Source: Abditibacterium sp.
GTDB taxonomy: Bacteria > Armatimonadota > Abditibacteriia > Abditibacteriales > Abditibacteriaceae
NCBI GenBank assembly: GCA_965246885.1
Contig: OZ251992.1
Coordinates: forward strand, 1,152,001-1,216,000
Direction: 5' to 3'
Length of the DNA stretch: 64,000 bases
In this document: piece after piece, positions 1-8,883 of the stretch
Layout of the letters: the number at the start of each line of letters is the position of its first letter
Position numbering within the stretch: the stretch's first letter is position 1
Translations under genes and position numbers: made by a program
Notes under the pieces: generated by a model
Told to the model about the DNA's origin: nothing
Databases searched by the model: none
Seen by the model: only the letters and a program-made list of their open reading frames with translations

Positions 1-2261
1 AAAACGGCGCCTGAACCCCCCAGTGTTTTGCGCCACTCTTCGAGCGCGTTCAGGTGTTGCATGAGCGCCGAAATCGCGGTGTTCATTTGGAACTTCTCGA
101 TGTCGGAGCCAATCTTCTGGATCGTTTGGTGCGTGCGGCGGCGCAGAATTCGGTCGGCGTCGCTCATGTTATCGCCCACATGGGTGCGCCAATCCGCTTG
201 AAAGGGCTGGCTTGCGGCGACGCGCCAGACGCGCTCCAAAAAGCGGAACTGGCCCGCGAAGGTGTCTTCCGATTGCGCCGTCCATTCGGCATCCTGCGCG
301 GCTGGCCCCATGAACAGCGTCATCATCCGTGTCGCGTCGGCGCCAAAGCGGGCGACTGCGTCGTCCAAAGCGACGATGTTGCCCTTGGATTTGCTCATCT
401 TCTCGACTTTTCCGGTCTTTTCGGAGAACATCGTCACCATTCCCTGCGTGAACAAGCGCGGAAATGGCTCTTGAACCGGGCAAAGTCCCAAGTCAAACAG
501 CACTTTGGTGAAAAAGCGGGCGTAAATCAGGTGCATCGTGGCGTGTTCGACGCCGCCGACGTATTGATCAACGGGCATCCAGTGCGCCACTTCTTCGGGG
601 CGAAACGGGCCATCGGCGAAATCGGGCGAGCAGTAGCGCAGGAAATACCAACTCGAATCCACGAAGGTGTCCATCGTGTCCGTTTCGCGCCGCGCGGGGT
701 TGCTGTCGCTGTCAACGGTGTTGACGAACGAAGCCGACTGCGCGAGCGGGTTGCCGCCCTCGCCGGAAAAAGTGATGTCGGTCGGGTGCATGACGGGCAA
801 CTGCTCCACCGGGACGGTCTCCATCGTGCCATCGGCGCGGTAAACGATGGGAATCGGGCACCCCCAATAACGCTGGCGCGACAAGCACCAATCGCGCAGC
901 TTGAAGTTGACCGCCCGCGCGCCGATGCCCTTCGCTTCCATGAAGTCGGCGATTTTCTCGCGCGCGGCGGCGGGCGCCTGACCGTTGAACTGACCGGAGT
1001 TGACGAGCGTTCCGGCCTCTTTGTCGGTGTAGGCGCCTTCCCGCAAAGCCTGCGCGGGCGCAAAGTGGTTGCGTTTGTATTCCTCAAATGATGGATTCTC
1101 GGAGTCCGCGAAATCTGAGACCAATAAAACTTCCGCGCCCTCAGCAACGCCTCCAACCTCCCCTTGGGCGACCACTTGCTTTATCGGCAAATCGTATTTG
1201 CGGGCGAACTCGAAGTCGCGCTCGTCGTGCGCAGGGACGGCCATGACCGCGCCACTGCCGTAATCGGACAGGACGTAGTTGGCAATCCAAATCGGCACCT
1301 GTTCCCCGGTCATCGGATTGGTGCAGTAAGCGCCGCAAAATAGACCCTCTTTGGGGATCTCGACGGAGCGGTCGCGTTGCTCGTCTTTTTGGCGCGCGGC
1401 GCGGTCGGCGAATTCGCGCGCCGGGGTCTCCCATTCCGTCCCCGCCGTCAGCTTGCCGACTAACTCGTGATCCGGCGCCAGCACGAGATACGTCACGCCG
1501 AAGACGGTGTCCACGCGCGTGGTGAAGACCTCGATTGCGTCGTCCGCCCCCACCACCTTGAAACGGAAAGTCACGCCCTCGGAGCGGCCAATCCACGCTT
1601 GCTGCATCTTCACCACGCGCTCCGGCCAGTCGGAGAGAGTATCCAAATCGTCCAGCAAACGTTGGGCATAAGCGGTCGTTTTGAAGAACCACTGCGTGAG
1701 CGCCTTTTGCTCGACGAGCGTGCCGCAACGGTCACAACGTCCGTCCTTGACTTGCTCGTTTGCTAAGACGGTTTGGTCGTTCGGACACCAGTTGACGTTG
1801 GCCGCGCGGCGCTCGGCCAAGCCCGCGTTGAAGAACTGGATGAACAGCCACTGCGTCCATTTGTAGTAGTCGGGGCGGCAGGTGGTCACTTCGCGCGCCC
1901 AGTCGAAGGCGATGCCTAACTTGTCGAACTGCTCGTGCATCTGCTCGATGCAGCGTTCCGTCCACTGCGCGGGGTGGACGCCGTTCTTAATCGCCGCGTT
2001 TTCGGCGGGCAGGCCGAAAGCGTCCCACCCCATCGGATGCAGGACGTTAAAGCCGTTCATCACGCGGTAGCGCGCGACGGCATCGCCAATGGCGTAGTTG
2101 CGCACGTGGCCAACGTGTAGCGCCCCGGACGGGTAGGGGAACATATCGAGGTAGTAGAACTTGGGCTTGGCGGGGTCGGTTTGCGTGGCGAACAGGCCCG
2201 CCGCGCGCCAGCGCGCTTGCCACTTGGCTTCGATGTCTTGAGGATGGTAACGGTCGGTCAT
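1..2261 (-). CDS. leuS: Leucine--tRNA ligase (3' end runs off the window)
   Basis: Manual minus-strand translation from ATG 2261: [18 protein letters not shown]...[21 protein letters not shown] (HIGH-type motif), KMSKSKGN near 380-405, NTAISALM near 60-85. Absent from the ORF track because it is open at the window edge. Confidence 0.97.
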   Translation of the reverse strand, partial: MTDRYHPQDIEAKWQARWRAAGLFATQTDPAKPKFYYLDMFPYPSGALHVGHVRNYAIGDAVARYRVMNGFNVLHPMGWDAFGLPAENAAIKNGVHPAQWTERCIEQMHEQFDKLGIAFDWAREVTTCRPDYYKWTQWLFIQFFNAGLAERRAANVNWCPNDQTVLANEQVKDGRCDRCGTLVEQKALTQWFFKTTAYAQRLLDDLDTLSDWPERVVKMQQAWIGRSEGVTFRFKVVGADDAIEVFTTRVDTVFGVTYLVLAPDHELVGKLTAGTEWETPAREFADRAARQKDEQRDRSVEIPKEGLFCGAYCTNPMTGEQVPIWIANYVLSDYGSGAVMAVPAHDERDFEFARKYDLPIKQVVAQGEVGGVAEGAEVLLVSDFADSENPSFEEYKRNHFAPAQALREGAYTDKEAGTLVNSGQFNGQAPAAAREKIADFMEAKGIGARAVNFKLRDWCLSRQRYWGCPIPIVYRADGTMETVPVEQLPVMHPTDITFSGEGGNPLAQSASFVNTVDSDSNPARRETDTMDTFVDSSWYFLRYCSPDFADGPFRPEEVAHWMPVDQYVGGVEHATMHLIYARFFTKVLFDLGLCPVQEPFPRLFTQGMVTMFSEKTGKVEKMSKSKGNIVALDDAVARFGADATRMMTLFMGPAAQDAEWTAQSEDTFAGQFRFLERVWRVAASQPFQADWRTHVGDNMSDADRILRRRTHQTIQKIGSDIEKFQMNTAISALMQHLNALEEWRKTLGGSGAV

Positions 2262-2288
2262 GGTTGTATTAGCGCGCTCGGCGGCGCC

Positions 2289-3194
2289 CTACTTGTGGGG
2301 CAGCATCGCCGTCAGGCCGAAGTAGAGGGCGATGGTGAGTATCACGACGAACACCCCGGCGTAAAGCAGCGCGAAGCGTTCGTCGCGGGTGAAGGTAAAG
2401 TATCGGAGGTTCGGCAGCACGGCTCCCAAGCCGATAAACAACAGGCCGGGAAGCGCGGGCACGAAAGGAAGAAGCGTAATAGCGAGCAGGGCGGCGCAAA
2501 TCCCCGCGCCCATCCACCACGCCGACGCGCGCCAGTTCATGCCAAAGCGCACCAGCAAGCCCAGAAACAGCGCGAGAAACAGATAATCGCCCAGCCCGAC
2601 ATCCGGAAGCGCGAGGCCGAACTTCGCTCCTGCCGCGCCCAGTTTCGGCCCGCTCGCCATCGCTGCATGAGCGAGGCCCTTGGTCGCCTTGTTGGTCAGT
2701 AGCTGCGACACAATGCCGCCGAACAAGACGCCCCAAATATCTATGAGAGCCACCATTACCCCGATGGGGCCAATCATGTTCGCGTGGCGAATCAGCCGCG
2801 ATACGAGCAGGCCAAAGAACGTCGCCAACAAGAGTAGCGCGAGGCTGTGCGCCGGAGCCGCGAGCCGCGAGTGAAGCGCACCGCGTTCGATGGCCTTGTA
2901 GATAATGGCGCTGAGCGCGCAACCTGCGAGAACCACCGGCAAGGCGAACCGTTGCCGCGCCATGCCAAGCGAGAACAGCACCACACCCGCCACATAAAGC
3001 ACCGTTAAGAGGACAACGCCCACCACCGCCGCTCCCAAGCTCGACACCGGCATAAGCGGCGCCCCGAATTGGATAAGAGCCAGCAACGCGAGTGGCCCCA
3101 GCCACAACTTCGCGTCCGGCGTCGGCGAGTCATCGGGGACGGCGACGGGCGTCGCGCCAACGGGGGCGGCAATAGGAGGCGAAATGGGTTTCAC
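2289..3194 (-). CDS. Multi-pass membrane protein with presenilin/signal peptide peptidase-like GxGD aspartyl protease motifs
   Basis: About 9 hydrophobic segments; ALIDIWGV, DVGLGDYLF and VPALPG occur in the order of the A22-family YD / GLGD / PAL motifs. Start uncertain. Confidence 0.65.
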   Translation of the reverse strand: MKPISPPIAAPVGATPVAVPDDSPTPDAKLWLGPLALLALIQFGAPLMPVSSLGAAVVGVVLLTVLYVAGVVLFSLGMARQRFALPVVLAGCALSAIIYKAIERGALHSRLAAPAHSLALLLLATFFGLLVSRLIRHANMIGPIGVMVALIDIWGVLFGGIVSQLLTNKATKGLAHAAMASGPKLGAAGAKFGLALPDVGLGDYLFLALFLGLLVRFGMNWRASAWWMGAGICAALLAITLLPFVPALPGLLFIGLGAVLPNLRYFTFTRDERFALLYAGVFVVILTIALYFGLTAMLPHK

Positions 3195-3209
3195 AGGGAG
3201 TCCAAACGG

Positions 3210-3935
3210 CTAAAGCCGCGCCAAAAGCGGCGCGCTGTCGCAGTAGTCCAACAAATTCCAGAACGGCGGGAGCATTATGGCTTCCGCCGTCGCGCCTATT
3301 TTGTCGGCGAGCGCGCGCATTGGAGGCGCGACTTCCGGCTTCGGGCCGACTTGAATCACCCTCGCGGGCGCCGTGACGGGCGTTGCACTCTTCACTAAGT
3401 CCAGCGCGTGGAAGTCGCTTTTCATGCGCTCCCCAAGCGGCCAGCCGTCCAAGTCGTCCGCCACCCCCTCCGCTTCGCCGGTTAGCTGCGCGCGGATTTT
3501 CTGGCGCATCAGTTGTTGCGCCAAAAACGAGCGCCCTGACAGGAGCGGTTCTATCAATATCACCGCCGCCACATCGGGCCGCGCCGCCGCTCCAAGGCAT
3601 AAGCTCGCCCCCAAACGGACTCCGAGGAGCGCGACTTCCGCATCCGGCGCGCGGCGCTGAACTTCTTTGATGGCGCTTCGCAAGTCCGCGCGCCAGTCGT
3701 CCAAGCCCAGAGCCGCGAAGTCGCCACCGGAATCGCCACATCCCCGAAAGGAGAAGATTAAACTCGCTTCGCCGCGCGCGGCGAAGTGACGGGCGATGTC
3801 TGTGAGCGTCCGCCGCGCGGACTTTTCCTCTTCGGCAAAAGGCGGGGCAATCACCCAAACGCGCTTGGCCGTCTGGTCGCCGCGCCAGACGCCGAGCAGA
3901 CCCTCGCCGAAGAAGAACGGAAGGGGGGCGCTCAC
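3210..3935 (-). CDS. Alpha/beta-fold hydrolase, similar to exosortase A system-associated hydrolase 2
   Basis: PPFAEE, FRGCGDSGGDF and the atypical nucleophile elbow GVRLG; next to an ACP. Confidence 0.75.
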   Translation of the reverse strand: MSAPLPFFFGEGLLGVWRGDQTAKRVWVIAPPFAEEEKSARRTLTDIARHFAARGEASLIFSFRGCGDSGGDFAALGLDDWRADLRSAIKEVQRRAPDAEVALLGVRLGASLCLGAAARPDVAAVILIEPLLSGRSFLAQQLMRQKIRAQLTGEAEGVADDLDGWPLGERMKSDFHALDLVKSATPVTAPARVIQVGPKPEVAPPMRALADKIGATAEAIMLPPFWNLLDYCDSAPLLARL

Positions 3936-4180
3936 GGCTTGGTTTTCGACTCGACCAAAGCCGCGATGGTGTTGACCGACCGGAACGATTCGACGGAAAA
4001 GTTGGCGTCGTCCATCGGGATGTTGAACTCCTCCTCCAAGCCAACCGCCAATTCAAAAAGGGCGACGGAATCCACGCCGTGCGCTTCCATGAGCGGCTCG
4101 TCGTCGCCGATTTGCGAGGGCTGCACCGGCAGGAACAGCCGCTCCACGATCATTTGCTTAATGCGTTGTTTGATGTCCAT
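3932..4180 (-). CDS. Acyl carrier protein
   Basis: 82-aa acidic protein with the phosphopantetheine site GVDSV and LEEEFNI. Confidence 0.92.
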   Translation of the reverse strand: MDIKQRIKQMIVERLFLPVQPSQIGDDEPLMEAHGVDSVALFELAVGLEEEFNIPMDDANFSVESFRSVNTIAALVESKTKP

Positions 4181-4186
4181 AAGAGT

Positions 4187-4909
4187 TCACCCGCGCAGGG
4201 TAGGGATGAGCGTGAGGGCGCAAACCAGCGTCCAAACCAACCCCATCAAGTATCCGCCTATCACATCGGACGGGAAATGCACGCCCATATACACGCGCGA
4301 CAACCCCGTAAAGCCGACGGTCACTATCGCAAGGAGCAACGCCAACGCCAAGAGCGGCGTTCCCCACCCCGCGACGGCACCCGCAATGGCGAGCGGAAAC
4401 CAAAAGCAGAAACTGGTGAGGGAGTGCCCCGACGGAAAGGAGCCGTCGCGCATCTTGAAGCCGAAAGCTCCCGGATCGCGCGGCGGGCGCACCCGCTTGA
4501 TGACGCGCTTGGAGACATACGACTGCGCCATTGAGCCAAGGTAAACCACGCCCGGAAAATACCACAGCGCCGGGTGCGTTTGCCCCGAAGCGTGCGCCCA
4601 CACCGCGAGCGCAAGTGACAGGGCGCACAGCGAGGGGGCTGACGCGAAGTTCGTCCAAAAGCGCATGAACCAAGTCCGCGCGTGCCGCTCCGACCCCAAC
4701 TCGCCGCGCCTGCGAAAGCGTTTCGAGAGCGCCCAAGAGCGCAGACGCTCGTCGAGGCGCAGAATATGCGGGCGCAAATGCCCACGCACCCGCCCGCCGA
4801 CCGCTAACTCCGCGCCTAACACCGCCACCCAAGACAAGGCGAACACCAAGGCAAAGCGCGGTAGGACGCTCATAAACTCATGAAGGAAATCGGAAAAAGC
4901 CTTGCTCAT
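4187..4909 (-). CDS. PAP2-family membrane phosphatase
   Basis: Motifs KRVIKRVRP, FPSGHS, SRVYMGVHFPSD. Start placed at MSKAF, overlapping the stop of the upstream gene. Confidence 0.92.
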   Translation of the reverse strand: MSKAFSDFLHEFMSVLPRFALVFALSWVAVLGAELAVGGRVRGHLRPHILRLDERLRSWALSKRFRRRGELGSERHARTWFMRFWTNFASAPSLCALSLALAVWAHASGQTHPALWYFPGVVYLGSMAQSYVSKRVIKRVRPPRDPGAFGFKMRDGSFPSGHSLTSFCFWFPLAIAGAVAGWGTPLLALALLLAIVTVGFTGLSRVYMGVHFPSDVIGGYLMGLVWTLVCALTLIPTLRG

Positions 4910-5784
4910 TGTGGCACAACCCCACTCACAGGCAAAAGCGCCGCCACGTCCACATCTTCTATGGGGCGGCGCGCGATGTCGTGCCACCGGCACGCCTCCT
5001 CGCTTGGCCCGTCCTCGCTCGTAAACATCTTCGCCCAGCGCCGCTTGAACTCCAAGGCGTTCTTGGCGGTGACGTAGCGAAAATTGATGTCACTCGACCC
5101 CGCCGTTGTCGTGTGCTCGAAGTGCAGCACTTCAACTCGCGGGTCGGCCCACAGCGAGAACCCCGCCGCGCGCGCGCGAAAACAGAAATCTATGTCTTCG
5201 TATTGCACCGGTGAGAACGCCTCATCCAGCGCGCCGATGCGCTCGAACACTTCGCGCCGCGCCAGCCACGCGGCGGAAATGGCGGCTTGAACCTTGAACG
5301 GGAGGGACAGCGACTGGCGCGCTTCGCCGCGTCCGATGTACTGGATGCGCCCGGTTTTTGAGACGCCCGCACCGCAGCACTCGATGGCAGACGGCGCCCA
5401 AGGAAAGAGGAGTTTCGGGCAGACAAGCGCGCAGTCGGGTGTGTCGTGAAGGAAGTCGCTCAAGCGCTCCAACCAGTCGGTCTGGGCGCAAACCGTATCG
5501 TTATCCAGAAACGCGACCAGTTCCCCTTCGCACTCGGCGAGGGCCGCGTTGCGCCCCCGGATGGCGCCAATGTTTTCCGGGAAATGGAGCCGCTTGAAGG
5601 CGATGCCTACGCGCGCGGCGAGGAGTTCCCATGCGTCCAAGACGGCGGGCGTTTCGTCGCGTGAGCCGTTGTCCACGTTCACGATTTGCAGAGGGCGAAC
5701 CGTCGAAGCCAACAGCGAGGCAAGGCACGCCCGCGAATACGGCGCTTTATCGTGATGGAGCACGACGACGGACACGGATGGCAT
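4906..5784 (-). CDS. Glycosyltransferase family 2
   Basis: VSVVVLHH, VDNGSRD, FLDND, YEDIDFCFR; start placed at MPSVSV. Confidence 0.92.
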   Translation of the reverse strand: MPSVSVVVLHHDKAPYSRACLASLLASTVRPLQIVNVDNGSRDETPAVLDAWELLAARVGIAFKRLHFPENIGAIRGRNAALAECEGELVAFLDNDTVCAQTDWLERLSDFLHDTPDCALVCPKLLFPWAPSAIECCGAGVSKTGRIQYIGRGEARQSLSLPFKVQAAISAAWLARREVFERIGALDEAFSPVQYEDIDFCFRARAAGFSLWADPRVEVLHFEHTTTAGSSDINFRYVTAKNALEFKRRWAKMFTSEDGPSEEACRWHDIARRPIEDVDVAALLPVSGVVPQ

Positions 5785-5837
5785 GGAGAGCGCGCAGTTT
5801 AAAGCAGGGAGCAGAATGGGGAACGCGACCCGCACAA

Positions 5838-5870
5838 CCCCGTCCCCTGCTTGGCAAGCAGGGGATGGGG
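5838..5870. terminator. Stem-loop, possible intrinsic terminator
   Basis: ccccgtcccctgcttg-g-caagcaggggatgggg (one G-T pair), just downstream of the minus-strand stop at 5884. Confidence 0.5.
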
Positions 5871-5883
5871 AAAAGGCTTCCAC

Positions 5884-6573
5884 TTACGCCCTAATTTTCG
5901 CGGTTTTGGTGGCCCTTTTGGTTTCCATCGTGGGCGCCGAATTTTCGCCCGCCATGCGCAGCACCGTCAAAGTGTTGTTTGGCTCCGTGATGGGCGCGCT
6001 TTGCCCCGCGACGCCCGCCGCTTGTAGCGCGCCCGCCCACGAGCCGAAGTTTTCTTTGCGGCGCGCGGCGCGGTAGATGCCCGGTTCGTGCTCTTCGATA
6101 TAAGCCCAGCCAAGCGGCTTGCCTTGCGCGGCCAACTGCTGAATGGTGCGCAGGATGCGCGCTTGTGTCCATACCCGACTTTCGCGCATCTGTTCGTGGT
6201 CGAGGCCCGCCGCTTCCACTGCCCGGCGCCACGAGCCAAAGTAGCGGTGCGCGCACGCCGCCAGATAAAGGCTGCGGTTGCGCGTCTTGAAGCGCGGATC
6301 AAGCAGGTCATGGCCCTGCGCGTGCATCTCGCGGATGCGCGCCAGTATTTCGTCGCGCGTCCAGCGCGTCTTAATGCGCTTAAAGTCGCTGTACTCGAAG
6401 CCCGCCTCTTCGACGGCGGTTCGCCACGAGCCAAAGTGCGACCCCGACCGCGCCGACGAGAACAGCGCCGAATGGGTGCGCTGGATGGAAGTGGGCGACA
6501 AATCTACCCCCTCCGCTTGAAGTTTTTGAATCTCGGCGATGAGTTTTTCTCTTGTCCAAACACGGCCCGGCAT
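5884..6573 (-). CDS. Protein of three tandem WT...FGSW...AG repeats (homing-endonuclease-associated repeat-like)
   Basis: Three ~64-aa repeats: WTREKLIAEI...FGSWRTAVEEAG; WTRDEILARI...FGSWRRAVEAAG; WTQARILRTI...FGSWAGALQAAG. Start at MPGRVW with upstream GGAG. Confidence 0.75.
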   Translation of the reverse strand: MPGRVWTREKLIAEIQKLQAEGVDLSPTSIQRTHSALFSSARSGSHFGSWRTAVEEAGFEYSDFKRIKTRWTRDEILARIREMHAQGHDLLDPRFKTRNRSLYLAACAHRYFGSWRRAVEAAGLDHEQMRESRVWTQARILRTIQQLAAQGKPLGWAYIEEHEPGIYRAARRKENFGSWAGALQAAGVAGQSAPITEPNNTLTVLRMAGENSAPTMETKRATKTAKIRA

Positions 6574-6772
6574 AATAAAGTAGCTCCCCAACGGTTCGTG
6601 GGCCACGACTTTCCACGCAAGGAAGTCGAGCGCTCTCTTGTACCGTTGCAACTTATCATACAACACGCTGGACGTTTTGTCACGAAAACTTGCCCGGCTC
6701 CGGCCTTCCGATTCCCCTTGATTTTAGGCTTGCCCTTTGGAAACCGGAGCCGCGACAAGCGCTGGCCGCTTT

Positions 6773-7429
6773 TTAGTCGGCGACGGGGTCAATCAAGCCG
6801 TAACCGCCGCTCGACCGCTTGTAGACCACCCCGACCGAGCCGTCTTTGGCGTGCCGGAACACGAAGAAGCTGTGGCCGAGCAAGTCCATTTGCAAAGCCG
6901 CTTCGTCGGGCGACATCGGCTTAAGCGCGAACTTCTTGACGCGCACAAGCGAATCGCCGTTGACATCGCCTTCTAAGGAGTTCGCATCGGGGGTAAAAGC
7001 CGGGGTGCCGACTTCGGGCGCGGCCTTGGGTTGCGCGAGCGCCGACAAAGTGGCCGTTGCGGGCATGTCGCCGTCATGCGCGGTTTTGGGATGCAGCACG
7101 ACGCCGTTGACATCGTCGCGGTTGTTGTGGCGACGCGAGCGGTGCTGGAGCTTGTCCTTGTAGCGGCTCAGTTGCGCTTGCAACTTGGCGCAAGCGGCGT
7201 CGAAGGCCGCGCGGCAATCGTGGGCGCGCTCCTCGGCACGAGTGACGACCCCCGCCGCAAACAGGGTGATCTCCGCGACATGGTAGCCGCGCTCCACCCG
7301 CAAGCGAATCTGCGCGTCATCAATGCGCGACCAGACTTTATCCAACCCTTGCAACTTCGATTCAAAATGGGCGCGCAGCGAAGCATTGACCTCGCACCCG
7401 CGCGCTTGCACACTCACAGAAGACAACAT
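6773..7429 (-). CDS. hpf: Ribosome hibernation promoting factor (long HPF/RaiA)
   Basis: N-terminal RaiA-like domain (KLQAQLSRYKDKL) and C-terminal VRVKKFALKPMSPDEAALQMDLLGHSFFVF...VVYKR..GGYGLI. Confidence 0.93.
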   Translation of the reverse strand: MLSSVSVQARGCEVNASLRAHFESKLQGLDKVWSRIDDAQIRLRVERGYHVAEITLFAAGVVTRAEERAHDCRAAFDAACAKLQAQLSRYKDKLQHRSRRHNNRDDVNGVVLHPKTAHDGDMPATATLSALAQPKAAPEVGTPAFTPDANSLEGDVNGDSLVRVKKFALKPMSPDEAALQMDLLGHSFFVFRHAKDGSVGVVYKRSSGGYGLIDPVAD

Positions 7430-7540
7430 GCAACCATCTCCTTGCCCGCCCTCGCCTTGGAGTTGCTCGATTGCTCGAACAAGCGAGAGCGGTTATTTTC
7501 TCAAGTTCAAACCGGTGTGTGAACCTGCTAAAACCAATCT

Positions 7541-8023
7541 TTAGCCCCTCTTACTCAATAGCGCGACCGCATGACAAATCATGCCCAACCCGGCGCCGAC
7601 ATCGTCCAACCCTTCGCCGGTTTTGCCGCGCACGTTAACGCGGTCTTCCTCGACACCCAAGCGGCGCGCGATGCTCGCCTTCATCGCTCCGGTATAAGGA
7701 GAGATTTTCGGCTTTTGGGCGACTAACACGCAGTCCACGTTGCCGATTTCCCACCCGCTCGCGCGCACCTTGGCCACCACCTGCGCGAGTAAGATGCCGG
7801 AGTCGGCATCCTTCCACGCGCCGTCAGTGTCGGGAAAAAGCTGGCCAATGTCGGGCAACCCCGCCGCGCCGCACAGGGCGTCCGTGAGCGCGTGGAAAAC
7901 CACATCGGCGTCAGAGTGCCCCTGCAAACCCATCTCAAACGGCACATGGACGCCCGCCAACACCAAGCGCCGACCGACCTCCAAGCGGTGCGAATCATAG
8001 CCCAAGCCGATGCGAAATTCCAT
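7541..8023 (-). CDS. ispF: 2-C-methyl-D-erythritol 2,4-cyclodiphosphate synthase
   Basis: RIGLGYDSH, GHSDADV..HA..DA, DIGQLFPD. Confidence 0.97.
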   Translation of the reverse strand: MEFRIGLGYDSHRLEVGRRLVLAGVHVPFEMGLQGHSDADVVFHALTDALCGAAGLPDIGQLFPDTDGAWKDADSGILLAQVVAKVRASGWEIGNVDCVLVAQKPKISPYTGAMKASIARRLGVEEDRVNVRGKTGEGLDDVGAGLGMICHAVALLSKRG

Positions 8024-8138
8024 AATCAAGGGATGGCCCGCCTCGGCGGACGATTCATTAGGTTAAATAAGCCGCCCGCCCATGCGCGCCGCCTATCCGC
8101 CGGGTCGCGCCACCAAAAGAATTAAGCGCGCCGTCCGT

Positions 8139-8175
8139 GCGCCCATGCCGGTGAACGGTTCACCGGCATGGGCGC
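8139..8175. repeat. Perfect 37-bp palindrome between ispD and ispF
   Basis: gcgcccatgccggtgaac-g-gttcaccggcatgggcgc (18-bp arms). Confidence 0.85.
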
Positions 8176-8178
8176 CGC

Positions 8179-8883
8179 TTAACCCCGCGACAATATCTCT
8201 TCGGCGCGCGCCAAGTCGTCGGGGAACGTCACCTTGAAATTGAGCGGCTCTCCCTGCACGAGCGCGACGCGCCCACCCGCGTGCTCGACCAAGGACGAAC
8301 AATCGGTGCCCACGAACCCCGTTTCCCGCGCTTTTTGAAAGGCCCGCAACAGCGTCCCGCGCCAGAACACTTGCGGCGTTTGCGCCAGCCAAACGCGCTC
8401 GCGCGCGAGTGTGGACTCGATCTCGTCGCGCTTCTTGTCGCTCGCCCATTTGACGGTATCCGACGCTCCTAAAGCGGCGATGGCTGCGCCACTACGGATG
8501 CCGCGCGCTGTTGTTCGCACGAGCAGGCCGTTTGAAACGCAAGGCCGCGCCGCGTCGTGAACTAAAACATACGCGCCGCTCGCCGCGCGCACTCCGGCCT
8601 CGACCGACTCCTGCCGCGTGTCGCCGCCCTGCACGACGGAAAACTCCACGTCCTTTGGCACTTCAGGGCAGGCCGTGCGTACTAACCCGAACTCTTCGGC
8701 GCGCGCGACGACGATGAGTTCGAGTAAGCGCGCGTTCGCTTCATGCCACGCCGCGCAAAGCAACGCTTCAAGCGTCCACGTTAACAAGGGGCGCTCTAAA
8801 AGGGGTGCGAGGATTTTGTTGCCGTTAAGTCCGGCTCTTGCGCCGCATCCCGCCGCCGGAACGATTGCCGTAATCGTCACCAT
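8179..8883 (-). CDS. ispD: 2-C-methyl-D-erythritol 4-phosphate cytidylyltransferase
   Basis: AIVPAAGCGAR, GGDTRQESV, LVHDAARP, AQTPQVF, NFKVTFPDDL. Confidence 0.96.
   Translation of the reverse strand: MVTITAIVPAAGCGARAGLNGNKILAPLLERPLLTWTLEALLCAAWHEANARLLELIVVARAEEFGLVRTACPEVPKDVEFSVVQGGDTRQESVEAGVRAASGAYVLVHDAARPCVSNGLLVRTTARGIRSGAAIAALGASDTVKWASDKKRDEIESTLARERVWLAQTPQVFWRGTLLRAFQKARETGFVGTDCSSLVEHAGGRVALVQGEPLNFKVTFPDDLARAEEILSRG

Noticed and set aside
54..1091. 345-aa plus-strand ORF and many similar long ORFs (e.g. 41729-43414, 60179-61477, 39957-41258)
   Set aside because: Antisense or alternative-frame shadows of clear genes, expected in high-GC DNA.
8825..8883. Frameshift suggested by the 59-bp overlap of the PIN/TRAM gene and ispD
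   Set aside because: Both proteins have complete domains, and the overlap covers only a low-complexity tail.
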